A stretch of 58,105 nt of DNA from a virus (lineage: Duplodnaviria > Caudoviricetes). The translations under genes were made by a program, and so were the position numbers. Positions 45,719 to 56,071 of this stretch are shown here, piece after piece. The notes under the pieces are model-generated. The model was given only the letters and a program-made list of their open reading frames with translations. It was not told the origin of the DNA and ran no database searches. The stretch is taken from positions 1 to 58,105 of IMG/VR virus record IMGVR_UViG_3300037991_001062, one strand, 5' to 3'. Numbering within the stretch: position 1 is the first letter of the stretch; each line of letters begins with the position of its first letter.

Positions 45719-48700
45719 TTAATCTGAGACGTCTAAAGATTCTCCTCCTCCTAAACTTATTCCTCCAGGTCCACCTAAATTTAATATTGGAGTTCCTGTA
45801 TAAGTAGTAGTCCCAGGCATATACGTTACATCTTGGAATGCTCCATAAGGAGATTTAAGTATACCACTTCTCTCTCTACAATCCTCACAGTATGTTAAAA
45901 CTATTTTTATAAACTCTCTTAATCTTGCGTTTGAAGCGTCTTCACCATCAAATAAACATGCAGCCGCTTTCTTTCTTAAAAGATCGTTTATCATAGATAA
46001 ATGTAAATATCTATCCTCGTCTACTGTCTTACCTGTTAACATAGCACTAAAGTATTTTTCACCCTTATACTGCAAGCAGTGTTGCAAATATACTAAAAAT
46101 GCCTCAAAGTCTGGTATCTCTGGTGGTACTACTGGTCCTTCAGGTTCTCCATCAACTAAACATGTACCATTATCAATACTAGCTAATGGATTATAATTTG
46201 ATGCTTCAGGGTCTGTACAACCAAATATTACTATATACTGGCATAGTGTATTATCTGCTAATATGTATGGAGGATTAACTTCACTCACATAATTTATAGC
46301 ATCAGGATCTGTACACACAAATTCTGGATATTGACAACTTCCATTATCAACATTAGCGTTTTCATTAAAGTTTATAGCTGTAGGATCAATACAACCAGGT
46401 ATCTCCCCACACTCTCCATATATATTAAATGTAGCCTGAGGATTATAATTTTCTGCAGTTTGAATCATACATCCACATATTTCAACATCATTCTCTGTTA
46501 AATTATATGTATAAGTTAGTGGACACTCTGTAGCATCTGCAGATCCAATCAAAGGTATTAAGTTATCAAAAGTATCGTTAAATGTATTTAAACTAATATA
46601 AAAAGTAAAATTAAAAGTATACTCTCCAAATGCATAAGGGCTTCCAGTTATAGCTGCTATCTCTTCTAGTGTAAAAGTCATACCAGTGCTACCAAGTACA
46701 TCTCCTGTATCTGGGATGATAGAAAAGTTTGTACCAGACATTCCTGTTAGATAATGATCAAATATTTGACCAGTATTAGTACTAACACTAACTGAGAATA
46801 TCATGCCTGGAGTTCCTGAAACTTGAATATCAAAGTATCCTGAGCAGTTTACTGTCTCTCCTTCTGGAGATGTATATAGTTCAGTACCTATAAAATTAAC
46901 AGATCCGTTAGTTGCAAAGTCATCACAATTAGTTGATGTAGTACATAAATCATTATTAGCAAATTGTGTAATAGGATCTAATACTTCTACACAATTAGTA
47001 ATTCCTATACCGCAATCATTACATACACCCTCTTGTAAAACAAACGATCCATTTGTTACACACCCACCAAGTGCAAAATTAGCTAGCATCAATCCTGAAG
47101 ATCTAGCACTGTCTGATATTGGATATACATAAAAGAAATATCCATTATGACTTGTAGTATTTACTGTCCATGGATGATCTAAACTAAAAGTTTGAACATT
47201 ATCATTAGCAGAAGTGTTTAAAGCAGTAATAGTATTTGTAAATATTACATTAGCGTTATAAGGATCTGCACTAATAATATCACCTATATATTCAGTAAAT
47301 GCAGCATCAGCTTGAGCGCCGTTTGTTACAGTAGCTGGATCAAATACTACTATACCAAAATTTTGAGTATCTATCATAGATGCTGCCGGTTGATTCAATG
47401 TTAAGTATAAAGTAACATTATAGCCATCAGGAATAAGATCTCCAGCTGCTAATTGTAAATCTGCGTATTCGTTAGGAGTAAGAGCTACATTATTAGAATG
47501 TGCTACACTAATAAAACTACTTCCAAGTCCATTAGCATTATTACAATATACACATAAACTATTATCAGTAATGTTAGCATCAGGATTATAATTTAGAGCA
47601 GTATTATCAGTACATCCTGTAATATCTGTACTAGTTACTTCTACATAAAAGTTGTTTTGTACTGAACACAATGTGTTTACCTCAGCCCAACTTGCTGAAG
47701 CAATTTCTACAGCTACTATATTTATTTGAGTAATACCGTCTTCTTCAACAGGAAATGCCAGATCTACTATACCAATTGTAAGCTCTCCTCCAGTAGAAGC
47801 TTCTTCAAACGATCCGTCGTTAACTGTTATAGTTACATTAGGCAGAACCTCTTGAGATACTGGATTATAAGCTTGAAAAGCATTAGGGCCTGTTTGAAAT
47901 ATTCTTAGGTTAAAATTAGATACATCTCCACCACTTACAACTTCTATATATACCATTAGTGAAGTTGCAGTAGAACCATTGTAAAAAGGATTATTAGTAC
48001 CCTCATAAGGATCTAATTCTGCATTATCTCCAAAGGCTATTGAAAAAGTTGTTTCTACTAACATAGAACTTCCTGATGACCCTTGTATATTGAAGCTCTG
48101 GTTAGTATCTGATTCATATATATAAAACTCTGGAAAAGTACAAGACAGATCATCAACGTTAGCTTCAGGATTATAGTTACAAGCTGCAACATGTGTACAA
48201 CCTAAAACCTCAGGATCTCCAACTGGGTCAGTTACTTGATTATCCTGATATGAATAATAGATGGCTTGAAAACCCATAGTTTCTACATAGTTATCACTAT
48301 TAAATGGATCTAACTTTCCAGCATTTGGATTTGCTGCAACACCACCTTCTTGACTGTGCGTGCCATATTTATATGCTAGCATTCCATACTCACTAGGAGT
48401 ATTGAATACTAAAACTTTTTCAGCAGATCTTTTCCACCATCCTGCAGGGTTAAAGTATTCATCTACTGCAACGGCTGGTGCTCCTGCTACTGGTATTGCA
48501 AATCCTGAGCCATCTGCATCTTCAACACCCCAATTATAACCTGAAAAAAATAGATTTTGCAGTGGATCAGAATCATCTATGTTAGCACTAGGTACTGTGC
48601 TGTAAAGTGTTCCTACTGGAGAAGCAGTACTTCCTTCAAATATATCCACAGCAAATGGCCCTGTAAAAGCATCATGATAACCTTGAATATTACTACCACC

Positions 48701-49693
48701 AAAACTTAAAGTATTCCAGGCAAATCTACTGGTGTCTTTATTCATTACATAACCAGTTTCACCACTTGTATCAGTAGGTAACTTTCTAGCACTAGCTGCA
48801 AAATTATCATTAGTCCTTGCTTTTTTAGGAACATATAATGCAGCATATATTTTTTTTGTTTCGTTTGTTACACCATACCCTTCACCTTGAAATGGAATTG
48901 AACTTCTTACCATTCCAGGTTTTAAAAATTGAAAAACAGCTGCTTGCAATGAGGTGCCCGTTCCAAATGTAGTACCATCTGCATTATTTGTATTAGGTCC
49001 TAAATTATTAGGGTCGGTATCTATAGCTCCTATAGCTTGCCCATATATATTTCCTACTTGAACTCCAATTGGGTGTGGCAGATCTATAGGCTTTCTACAC
49101 CATGCTACCTCCTCATCAGCATTTATATACATTTTGTAAAAAACCTGAATGTTTATGTAAGTGTCAAGACCATTATTGTTATATGGATTAGTACCATTTA
49201 TAAAATCTCTTATAACATCTGAACCACCACCACGAGTAATATATATAGCATATGAAGATCCTCCATATATTTCTGCACCCACTGGCGCCATAATATAGTT
49301 AACATCAGCAGAAGGTATGCTAAAACCTGCAACACCTTTACTACCTATAACAACTTCAAAAGGATTAGAATTATCACCATCTCCAATACTAAAAGCATCT
49401 TGACCAGTAGGAGCTCCGTCTACAATACCCTGAGCAAAGTTTAAAGCAGCCATAATATTACCAGTCAATATTGATCCTACGCTTTCTGGACCATCTTCAG
49501 TATAAAAATCATTTATAAGTATTACATATTTAATATATCCTGGTACAACCTGTTTTACATCTTCATATAGAAATTGACCAGCTGGACCTGCTGCTGAATT
49601 ATCAAAATTATCACTACCACCATGTCTTGGCGTGCGCATTCTTCTAATATCAATTATTTGACCTGTTAAAGTTAATCTTGTAGTACTAGACAT
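45719..49693 (-). CDS. Large acidic structural protein with six Cys repeats, possible tail hub / adhesin-like appendage (1324 aa)
   Basis: Six GCTD..A.NY...A..D..SC-like repeats, no N-terminal signal peptide, and a helical Cys-containing C-terminal domain. Confidence 0.6.
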   Translation of the reverse strand: MSSTTRLTLTGQIIDIRRMRTPRHGGSDNFDNSAAGPAGQFLYEDVKQVVPGYIKYVILINDFYTEDGPESVGSILTGNIMAALNFAQGIVDGAPTGQDAFSIGDGDNSNPFEVVIGSKGVAGFSIPSADVNYIMAPVGAEIYGGSSYAIYITRGGGSDVIRDFINGTNPYNNNGLDTYINIQVFYKMYINADEEVAWCRKPIDLPHPIGVQVGNIYGQAIGAIDTDPNNLGPNTNNADGTTFGTGTSLQAAVFQFLKPGMVRSSIPFQGEGYGVTNETKKIYAALYVPKKARTNDNFAASARKLPTDTSGETGYVMNKDTSRFAWNTLSFGGSNIQGYHDAFTGPFAVDIFEGSTASPVGTLYSTVPSANIDDSDPLQNLFFSGYNWGVEDADGSGFAIPVAGAPAVAVDEYFNPAGWWKRSAEKVLVFNTPSEYGMLAYKYGTHSQEGGVAANPNAGKLDPFNSDNYVETMGFQAIYYSYQDNQVTDPVGDPEVLGCTHVAACNYNPEANVDDLSCTFPEFYIYESDTNQSFNIQGSSGSSMLVETTFSIAFGDNAELDPYEGTNNPFYNGSTATSLMVYIEVVSGGDVSNFNLRIFQTGPNAFQAYNPVSQEVLPNVTITVNDGSFEEASTGGELTIGIVDLAFPVEEDGITQINIVAVEIASASWAEVNTLCSVQNNFYVEVTSTDITGCTDNTALNYNPDANITDNSLCVYCNNANGLGSSFISVAHSNNVALTPNEYADLQLAAGDLIPDGYNVTLYLTLNQPAASMIDTQNFGIVVFDPATVTNGAQADAAFTEYIGDIISADPYNANVIFTNTITALNTSANDNVQTFSLDHPWTVNTTSHNGYFFYVYPISDSARSSGLMLANFALGGCVTNGSFVLQEGVCNDCGIGITNCVEVLDPITQFANNDLCTTSTNCDDFATNGSVNFIGTELYTSPEGETVNCSGYFDIQVSGTPGMIFSVSVSTNTGQIFDHYLTGMSGTNFSIIPDTGDVLGSTGMTFTLEEIAAITGSPYAFGEYTFNFTFYISLNTFNDTFDNLIPLIGSADATECPLTYTYNLTENDVEICGCMIQTAENYNPQATFNIYGECGEIPGCIDPTAINFNENANVDNGSCQYPEFVCTDPDAINYVSEVNPPYILADNTLCQYIVIFGCTDPEASNYNPLASIDNGTCLVDGEPEGPVVPPEIPDFEAFLVYLQHCLQYKGEKYFSAMLTGKTVDEDRYLHLSMINDLLRKKAAACLFDGEDASNARLREFIKIVLTYCEDCRERSGILKSPYGAFQDVTYMPGTTTYTGTPILNLGGPGGISLGGGESLDVSD

Positions 49694-49702
49694 TTATTAA
49701 TA

Positions 49703-50254
49703 TTAGCATCCACAGTCACAACTGGACGTGCATAGGTTAATAGCTTTATTGTATTTTTCTGTGGCTCTTCCAGCATTTATAAAAAAGCCTTCTAAATCTG
49801 CTCTTGCAGCAGTTTGTAATAAATAAATTTTCATTGCTTTTTCTAACTTTGGAGACTTTGCTGGGTCACATGGACAAGCTAAATAGTCATCCATTGCGTC
49901 TCCTAAACAGCAATCTAAAGCGCATCCAGCAAGAACTGCTGTGCTAAAACTGTGCTCTCCTTGGTTAAAAGCAAACACATATACACCTGCAAATGGTTGT
50001 GCTTGATTTAATGTTAATGTTGTATTACCTGCAGTTAATTGGTCAGGAGTAAAAACATTATCATTTATTTCAACAGCATTGTTATTCACAAAGCCTGTTA
50101 TAATTACATCTTCGTCAAAGTTTTTTGGAACGAAGGTTATTGTTATAGTCTTGCAGTCTCTGGTTATTGTGGCATTGAAACCTGCATTTATGTTTGTCAG
50201 CATTGCATTCTGCATTCCTCCTGCAATACCTGTAAGGCTTGGAATATTAGGCAT
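49703..50254 (-). CDS. Cys-rich structural protein, possible tail hub subunit
   Basis: C-terminal helical domain with CALDCC...CPC...CTSSCDCGC. Position corresponds to crAss-like tail hub genes. Confidence 0.5.
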   Translation of the reverse strand: MPNIPSLTGIAGGMQNAMLTNINAGFNATITRDCKTITITFVPKNFDEDVIITGFVNNNAVEINDNVFTPDQLTAGNTTLTLNQAQPFAGVYVFAFNQGEHSFSTAVLAGCALDCCLGDAMDDYLACPCDPAKSPKLEKAMKIYLLQTAARADLEGFFINAGRATEKYNKAINLCTSSCDCGC

Positions 50255-50266
50255 ATCTTAAATTTT

Positions 50267-50304
50267 TAAAAATAAAAAATCATCCCCATATTTCAGGGGA
50301 TGAT
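50267..50304 (-). terminator. Intrinsic terminator
   Basis: The minus strand reads ATCATCCCC-TGAAATAT-GGGGATGAT followed by TTTTTATTTTT, just after the stop codon at 50317. Confidence 0.85.
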
Positions 50305-50316
50305 ATTAATTAGTTA

Positions 50317-51363
50317 TTATCCAACGTAACGGTTATGCTTGTTGTAAATTTCAGCATCAGTAGTACCGATATTGAGATTACCAAAAGCATTGTTCCAATT
50401 TGTTTCAGTTGAAAGTCCATCAGGAACTGCAATAAGAATAGAATTCTCACCAGTAAATAACCATGGATTAGCATGTCCTTTGTTAGACTGATCCCAAGTT
50501 AACGTGATTGTGAAGTAATCATCTGCAGCATCTGCATAAAGAGTTTCCTCCATTGGTAAATAGATATTGTTGTGACGTCCGAAATATGCTCTAGACATTT
50601 TTTCGTAACCAGCAATAATTCTACCATCACCATTACCTAAAACAAATCCAGTATTAGTTATGGTTGTTGAAGTAGGAGCCGCTGTTAAACCTGAAAAATC
50701 ACCAAGTAATTTAAAGTTTACACCCTCTTGATCAGCTGTAAATGTTAATGTATCAGTACCACCAACATAAGCAGCTGTGAAAGGCATGTTATCAATTGCA
50801 TTGAACTCAGCAACTAAAGCATCAAATTCAGTATCTAATACAGCTGAAGTAGCAACACGCTCGTAGTTAATTACTTGTCCTACATATGATGGTCTTTCAT
50901 CATTTGAAGGATCAATGAATCCTTGATATTCAGTATCTAAACTTGTAATCACAAACTTGTAGCTGTGAATTTCACCTACAGCAATATTAGCACCTGTAGC
51001 AACAAAAGAAGCTGTAGCAGCAGCTGATGAAGTATCAGGGTGCATATTGATTTTAATTACATCATCAGAATAGATAATTGGTGAACACTTAGGATTTCCA
51101 GTAGCTTGTCCTTGAACAATTTGAAATCTTTTAGGTACGATAGCTGATGGTAATGCTACGTTTACAGCACCTGCATCCGCTTGAGATGTTGCTGATACAA
51201 AGTTATTTACCAAGAAAGATTCAGATGCGGATAAGTATGTGGCTGCGTCTACATCCCAAATACCTATTGTTCCTGAAGCAATCGCTCCATAAGCTGTTGC
51301 AGCTGAAGCTAAATCGTTATCGTTACCAACAAAAGTTAGTCGTTGTATTCCACTATGACTCAT
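50317..51363 (-). CDS. Structural protein, possible auxiliary capsid protein (348 aa)
   Basis: Ala/Thr-rich beta protein located after the MCP and ring genes and followed by its own terminator, consistent with high expression. The call is by synteny. Confidence 0.5.
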   Translation of the reverse strand: MSHSGIQRLTFVGNDNDLASAATAYGAIASGTIGIWDVDAATYLSASESFLVNNFVSATSQADAGAVNVALPSAIVPKRFQIVQGQATGNPKCSPIIYSDDVIKINMHPDTSSAAATASFVATGANIAVGEIHSYKFVITSLDTEYQGFIDPSNDERPSYVGQVINYERVATSAVLDTEFDALVAEFNAIDNMPFTAAYVGGTDTLTFTADQEGVNFKLLGDFSGLTAAPTSTTITNTGFVLGNGDGRIIAGYEKMSRAYFGRHNNIYLPMEETLYADAADDYFTITLTWDQSNKGHANPWLFTGENSILIAVPDGLSTETNWNNAFGNLNIGTTDAEIYNKHNRYVG

Positions 51364-51378
51364 AGTTTTAAAATTTGT

Positions 51379-51394
51379 GTAGTCATATGACTAC
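51379..51394. repeat. Perfect 16-bp palindrome GTAGTCATATGACTAC
   Basis: Intergenic, 15 nt upstream of the ATG at 51363. Self-complementarity verified by hand. Confidence 0.9.
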
Positions 51395-51407
51395 GTTAAT
51401 AATTAGG

Positions 51408-52547
51408 TTATTCAGACTGTAGACGTTCTACAGATCCGATCTGGTACCTAGGATCTGAGATATTACCCAAGATCGTAGCTACCGTCATGTCTACAATCTC
51501 CTGATGTACATTATCAGGAAGATCGCAGTTTACCTGCAAAGATAATGAAACCGTTGCAGGTTTTCTTATGTATAACATTTTTATGTTATCTATTATAAAT
51601 ATATCATTACTATATAATTCTAACTTGTTATCTGTAATTGTGTATAATGGCGCCTTATGACTGGTTTTATTAAAAGGGTCTCCTAACATTTTATATATAT
51701 CATCATGCTGAGAAAACTTAGCAGCATATACTCCTGGAGTCATATCTGCTAAAGTATAATTAGATGATGGATCAATTACTCTTTTGTAATCTGAAGGAGA
51801 AGCTGCTACATATGCTAAAGAAGTTGTATCTCCCAATACAGTATGAATTATAGTATTGGCATTTAGTACGCCAGCAGTATCTGCTAGACTTTCAAATGTA
51901 TTAGGATTAGCTATAATAATAAAATTATTAGCTGCAAATACTTGATTATACTGTTGCCAATATACTTCTATACCTGGTACTAAATTTACAGGATCAGTTA
52001 AATAAGTAATAACTGCATCTAAATTTTCAAAATCAGGAACTTCATCTACAGCAGTTAGAATAGATGTTCCTAATTCTAAATATGTATCATCTGATGCTAT
52101 ATTAACAGTTGTTGCAAAACCATTGGCTGCATTATACAAAGCGGTAGAAGGAACTGCAATGTATTGAAATCCATCTATCTCTTCAGTTGAAGTTAGTATT
52201 CTTCTACACTTATATACATTTGTTCGAGCACTTACTCTTATCAAATGATAATAATCTATTGGAAAGGCTACAGTATCTACAAATATATTACTTAATATTT
52301 GTTCTTTATATAAAGGTAAGAGATCCACTTCAGTAAGTAAAGTTCTAAGGTCATCAATTCTTTTTTGACTTTCCTCAAATCCTACTCCATACTTATTACC
52401 TTTTGAATTAAATCTTTGACTGATAAATCTATGTATATTTTTATTCAGTTCTATATCTATTTCTTCAGGTAAAATTAAGTCGGCCTGAAAGGAGTGGATT
52501 TTATCCACCCCTTGATTGACCGCAATATGCATCTCTTGTACATTCAT
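51408..52547 (-). CDS. Tail ring / head-tail connector protein
   Basis: MNVQEMH...LPEEID..LN, GFEESQKRIDDLRTL, and C-terminal YIRKP...CDLP...HQEIVDMTV, as in crAss-like ring proteins. Confidence 0.7.
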   Translation of the reverse strand: MNVQEMHIAVNQGVDKIHSFQADLILPEEIDIELNKNIHRFISQRFNSKGNKYGVGFEESQKRIDDLRTLLTEVDLLPLYKEQILSNIFVDTVAFPIDYYHLIRVSARTNVYKCRRILTSTEEIDGFQYIAVPSTALYNAANGFATTVNIASDDTYLELGTSILTAVDEVPDFENLDAVITYLTDPVNLVPGIEVYWQQYNQVFAANNFIIIANPNTFESLADTAGVLNANTIIHTVLGDTTSLAYVAASPSDYKRVIDPSSNYTLADMTPGVYAAKFSQHDDIYKMLGDPFNKTSHKAPLYTITDNKLELYSNDIFIIDNIKMLYIRKPATVSLSLQVNCDLPDNVHQEIVDMTVATILGNISDPRYQIGSVERLQSE

Positions 52548-53359
52548 TAAGCTCTAGCGTCTTTTAGTTTAGCTCTTAGTTCCATAAGCTTTCCAGAGTT
52601 CTTCTTATCATTCAGCTTAATTACAGCATCATTCATAGTATCACCTAAAATCTCATCAATATAAATGATCTGGTTACCAATCTTACGTAAGATCTCTAAA
52701 CTAACCATCTCTTCTAATTGTGCCTTTAATTCTAAGTTCTTATCAGTTGCATACTTCAAAAACTTAGCAGGCTCAGAGTTTTTAAGTTCGTAAAGCATAT
52801 TCTCTAATTCTTCTTTTGTTAGAGTATCAGGATTAGTTGTGTTAGACATCAGTCGCGCAATATGCTTCATCTTATCTAAACTTCCTGAAGCTTTAATAAA
52901 CTCCTTATCAGCATCTTTAAGAACTTGTATTTTATTGTTCTTAGTTCTTATCTCCTTCTGATTATCCAAAATGTAAAACCTTTTTGTAAAGTCTTTTTCC
53001 ATTTCGTCTTTACTAGATGCTACTTGTGGATGTCTTAACGCCCACTTGTATTTAATCCAATCTTCCATAACAATTGGATTGCCATCTTCATCTTCAGAGA
53101 TGTCTAATTCTACTCCCGCAAAGGGAACACTTAGTGTCATTTCTGCCCAATAGTTTTTTTCATACTTTGGCCAGTCAACGTGATCAGCTCCTACATCTAG
53201 AAGCCCATCTAAATATTTTTTGCAATCTGCCGGGCTAAAGCCTCTTAGCGGTTGCCTATCTTTGTATACACTACTTAGATACATTCTTGATTCTAATTGA
53301 ATCTCCTTAGGTAAGAAACTCTTAGTCTCTTGTCTCCTAATAACTATTTTTCTTGTCAT
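52547..53359 (-). CDS. Conserved crAss-like protein downstream of the major capsid gene
   Basis: YW.EM.L.VP..GVELDI...GNP...DWI.Y...L.HP.VA pattern and synteny with the MCP. Function unknown. Confidence 0.55.
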   Translation of the reverse strand: MTRKIVIRRQETKSFLPKEIQLESRMYLSSVYKDRQPLRGFSPADCKKYLDGLLDVGADHVDWPKYEKNYWAEMTLSVPFAGVELDISEDEDGNPIVMEDWIKYKWALRHPQVASSKDEMEKDFTKRFYILDNQKEIRTKNNKIQVLKDADKEFIKASGSLDKMKHIARLMSNTTNPDTLTKEELENMLYELKNSEPAKFLKYATDKNLELKAQLEEMVSLEILRKIGNQIIYIDEILGDTMNDAVIKLNDKKNSGKLMELRAKLKDARA

Positions 53360-53431
53360 TTTTTAAGTTCTTTAAATTAATTTTCCATTCGGGCTTGTAA
53401 GAATACTCAACCCTACTTTCTTATATAAATA

Positions 53432-53465
53432 GAGATTTGGGGGGCTTTGACACCCCCCTCATCTC
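53432..53465 (-). terminator. Stem-loop downstream of the major capsid gene (terminator or attenuator)
   Basis: The minus strand reads GAGAT-GA-GGGGGG-TGTCAAAG-CCCCCC-AA-ATCTC followed by an AT-rich tract. Confidence 0.7.
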
Positions 53466-53501
53466 AGAGAAACCAGATATATAGACTGCGATTAACGCCT
53501 C

Positions 53502-54911
53502 TTACGAACGTACACACTCAATGTCTAGTGAAGTATCAAATCTCTTTAATACAATACCACCAGTTTTTAACATGTGTACGGACGCCCCGTCTACATCAGA
53601 TGCACGTAAATCTGACTCTGCAAAACCTTTAGGTACTACAGATCCAGCTACTGCCCATCTTAAATACTCACGACCTTTTTTGTTGATCATCTGAATGTTG
53701 GCTTGGCCATCATAATTAGAGTTGTCAACAAATACCATACGGTAAGATTCTAATGAATATCCTGTAACAGGGTGTTTTGCACGAGCTTGTGCTACTGGAC
53801 CGTGATCAAACATATCATGTTTAACAACGTTTACTACGTGTCCATCCACGTGCTCGTATGTTGTAAAGTAACCAGTCAATCCTAATGAACGACCAGTACC
53901 CGTGATGAATCTATTCTCACCACCTACTTTAAAAGTATTAGTTGAGAAGTGATTCTTTAATGCTTCATCAAATTCTCTCATACCACCTGTTCCAGTGTAA
54001 AGAGTAATTTGCTTTTGAGATGCATCAGTCATTCCGTAGAATAAGTCACCGATTACATTTTTAAGTTTAGTTTCAGTCAATGTAGAATAAGTATCCTTAT
54101 TGATAATTTGCTGTAATAAACCAGGACCAGAGATAACAGGCTGTCCGTTCTCATCTGTCATAGTAGTTACACCATTATTATCATAAGTCTTCTCACCATA
54201 CATGTACATCAACTCACATTCTTGTTTGAAGTGTAACATGTGCTGATACTCTTCATAGTCCATCCATAACTTAGTAGTTGAACCTTCTTTAGTTGGTAAT
54301 TCAAACTCTGCAACATAATCTTTTGCATTACCAGACATGTGATAAGATTTACGTACTGTACCAATTTTGTTACGTACTAAACCTGGCGCTGTCCAGTTAG
54401 AAGCATTACCTCTTGAGAAGTCAACACCTACGTTAGCGTACAATTGACCAAACATTGCACCTGCTGCTAAATCAGCTGCTGGTACTTGTAAAGTTGTACT
54501 TGGGTTAACTAGTTTTACATCATACTGATAACCTCCCTCAACTGGAGTTGGCTCACTCATGATTCTCACTAATACACCTGATTGAGAAACCAATGTGTAA
54601 GGGAATATGAACCACTTGTCTGGGAAAGTAATTTGAAATACAGCACCTCCAAGGCCGTTACCAGCGCTTGCTACTACAGGACGAATATGCTGAGTATGAG
54701 ACTTCACTCGGTACTCGTATTCAAATCTATCAATAGATACGGTGTTACCGACACCCTCTGTTAACATAGTTAGAGGAAACTTTCTGTCCTCACGTCCTGC
54801 GAGATGTGTAATAATTGGAGAAAGCTCAGTAGGCTTTTCCATTAACGCATTAACTAACGAGTTAGTGTCAGTCATTTGCGAATCATTGTAATAAGTTTTT
54901 AATACTCGCAT
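53502..54911 (-). CDS. Major capsid protein (crAss-like)
   Basis: 469 aa. MTDTNSL, RKSY..SG, KLWMD..E, GPGLLQQI, LYTGTGG..EFD and F.TY..VDGH.V.V motifs. Preceded by an acidic scaffold-like gene and followed by a hairpin. Confidence 0.82.
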   Translation of the reverse strand: MRVLKTYYNDSQMTDTNSLVNALMEKPTELSPIITHLAGREDRKFPLTMLTEGVGNTVSIDRFEYEYRVKSHTQHIRPVVASAGNGLGGAVFQITFPDKWFIFPYTLVSQSGVLVRIMSEPTPVEGGYQYDVKLVNPSTTLQVPAADLAAGAMFGQLYANVGVDFSRGNASNWTAPGLVRNKIGTVRKSYHMSGNAKDYVAEFELPTKEGSTTKLWMDYEEYQHMLHFKQECELMYMYGEKTYDNNGVTTMTDENGQPVISGPGLLQQIINKDTYSTLTETKLKNVIGDLFYGMTDASQKQITLYTGTGGMREFDEALKNHFSTNTFKVGGENRFITGTGRSLGLTGYFTTYEHVDGHVVNVVKHDMFDHGPVAQARAKHPVTGYSLESYRMVFVDNSNYDGQANIQMINKKGREYLRWAVAGSVVPKGFAESDLRASDVDGASVHMLKTGGIVLKRFDTSLDIECVRS

Positions 54912-54942
54912 TTTAAAAAAATTTAATTGCTATAGATTCGTC

Positions 54943-56064
54943 CTATAGACTTGTTAGGCTAAGATCTAAGTTATCTAAATCTGTTGACTTAGTTTTACCT
55001 ACACCTTTTGCACCTTTTACAGATGTGGTCTTGTTAGACCTAATCTGCTTTCTCAAAGTTTTGGCTGTTTCTGTTTTAGCCTTAGCTTTGATAATATCGT
55101 TTAATTTAAACCCTTTGAACATTAGATAGTCAATTGCTAATCTAACATCCATATCTGCATCGCCGTGATCTAGATCTCTTTTGGTATTACCCTGAGAATC
55201 TACTGGCTTAGAGATATAATCAAAGAATTTTTTCTTATCTCTTTCTTGTACTACTATTCCTGAAAACTCTCTTGAGTCTTGTATAGTACTATTTACATTT
55301 TCCCAGAACTCTCTAGCCTCTTCTTGCTGCTGTTCTTGAGATTGTTTCTGTTGCTCCATAATCTCGCTTTGACGAGCATTTTCATATTTTACTAGAGCTT
55401 CTTTTGCTTTTACGGACTGAGCATATAGTTTGTCTCCAGCCTCGTAGTCATTTAATAAGTCAGCTATAAAGTCATCTTCATGGCCTTTTACTCTAAAGTA
55501 TTCTGTTAATACTGCTTTTTGCATAAGTGCATTGTCTTCTGTAATATTAGCATTACTAATACTTTGCATTCTGCTACCCATTTGGTAGAATTGAGTTGAA
55601 TCTCCGCCTGACAATACATACTCTAAATGTTTTTGTATTTCAGGAAACTGATCAAATAAATTGTCAAGTTGTTCTTCTGCCATTGTAGATGCAACATCTT
55701 TTGTAAGAGTTGTCAATCCATCAACAGTATCATCATACTCACCATCCATTTCATAACCAAGATTTGAAAGAACTTCGCTAACTACTGCTGTCTCTGCTGG
55801 TTCTGTAGTTGTAGCCTCTACCTCATCTTCTGAAGCTGAAACTGTTTCTTCTACTTTTTCTTCTTCAATCTCGTCTATCTCTTCTTCTGTTTCTTCTATG
55901 TCCTCAATCTCTTCAGACTTAGGCTCTTCCTCAATATTTTTGTCTTGAGGTTCTTCTACTGCAAGTTCACTAGCTACTTGCTCTTCACTAGTTGTTGCTA
56001 CACCACTATCAATGAAGTCATCAAAAGTAATGTCATCTAAATTAAGTTTCTCTTTATTGTCCAT
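54943..56064 (-). CDS. Acidic scaffolding-like protein
   Basis: Glu/Asp-rich disordered N-terminus, coiled-coil middle and basic C-terminus. Immediately upstream of the MCP. Confidence 0.6.
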   Translation of the reverse strand: MDNKEKLNLDDITFDDFIDSGVATTSEEQVASELAVEEPQDKNIEEEPKSEEIEDIEETEEEIDEIEEEKVEETVSASEDEVEATTTEPAETAVVSEVLSNLGYEMDGEYDDTVDGLTTLTKDVASTMAEEQLDNLFDQFPEIQKHLEYVLSGGDSTQFYQMGSRMQSISNANITEDNALMQKAVLTEYFRVKGHEDDFIADLLNDYEAGDKLYAQSVKAKEALVKYENARQSEIMEQQKQSQEQQQEEAREFWENVNSTIQDSREFSGIVVQERDKKKFFDYISKPVDSQGNTKRDLDHGDADMDVRLAIDYLMFKGFKLNDIIKAKAKTETAKTLRKQIRSNKTTSVKGAKGVGKTKSTDLDNLDLSLTSL

Positions 56065-56071
56065 ATCTTTG

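Noticed and set aside
53360-53501. tRNA or other structured ncRNA in the largest intergenic region
   Set aside because: There is no cloverleaf, T-loop GTTCRA or CCA context. Only simple hairpins are present.
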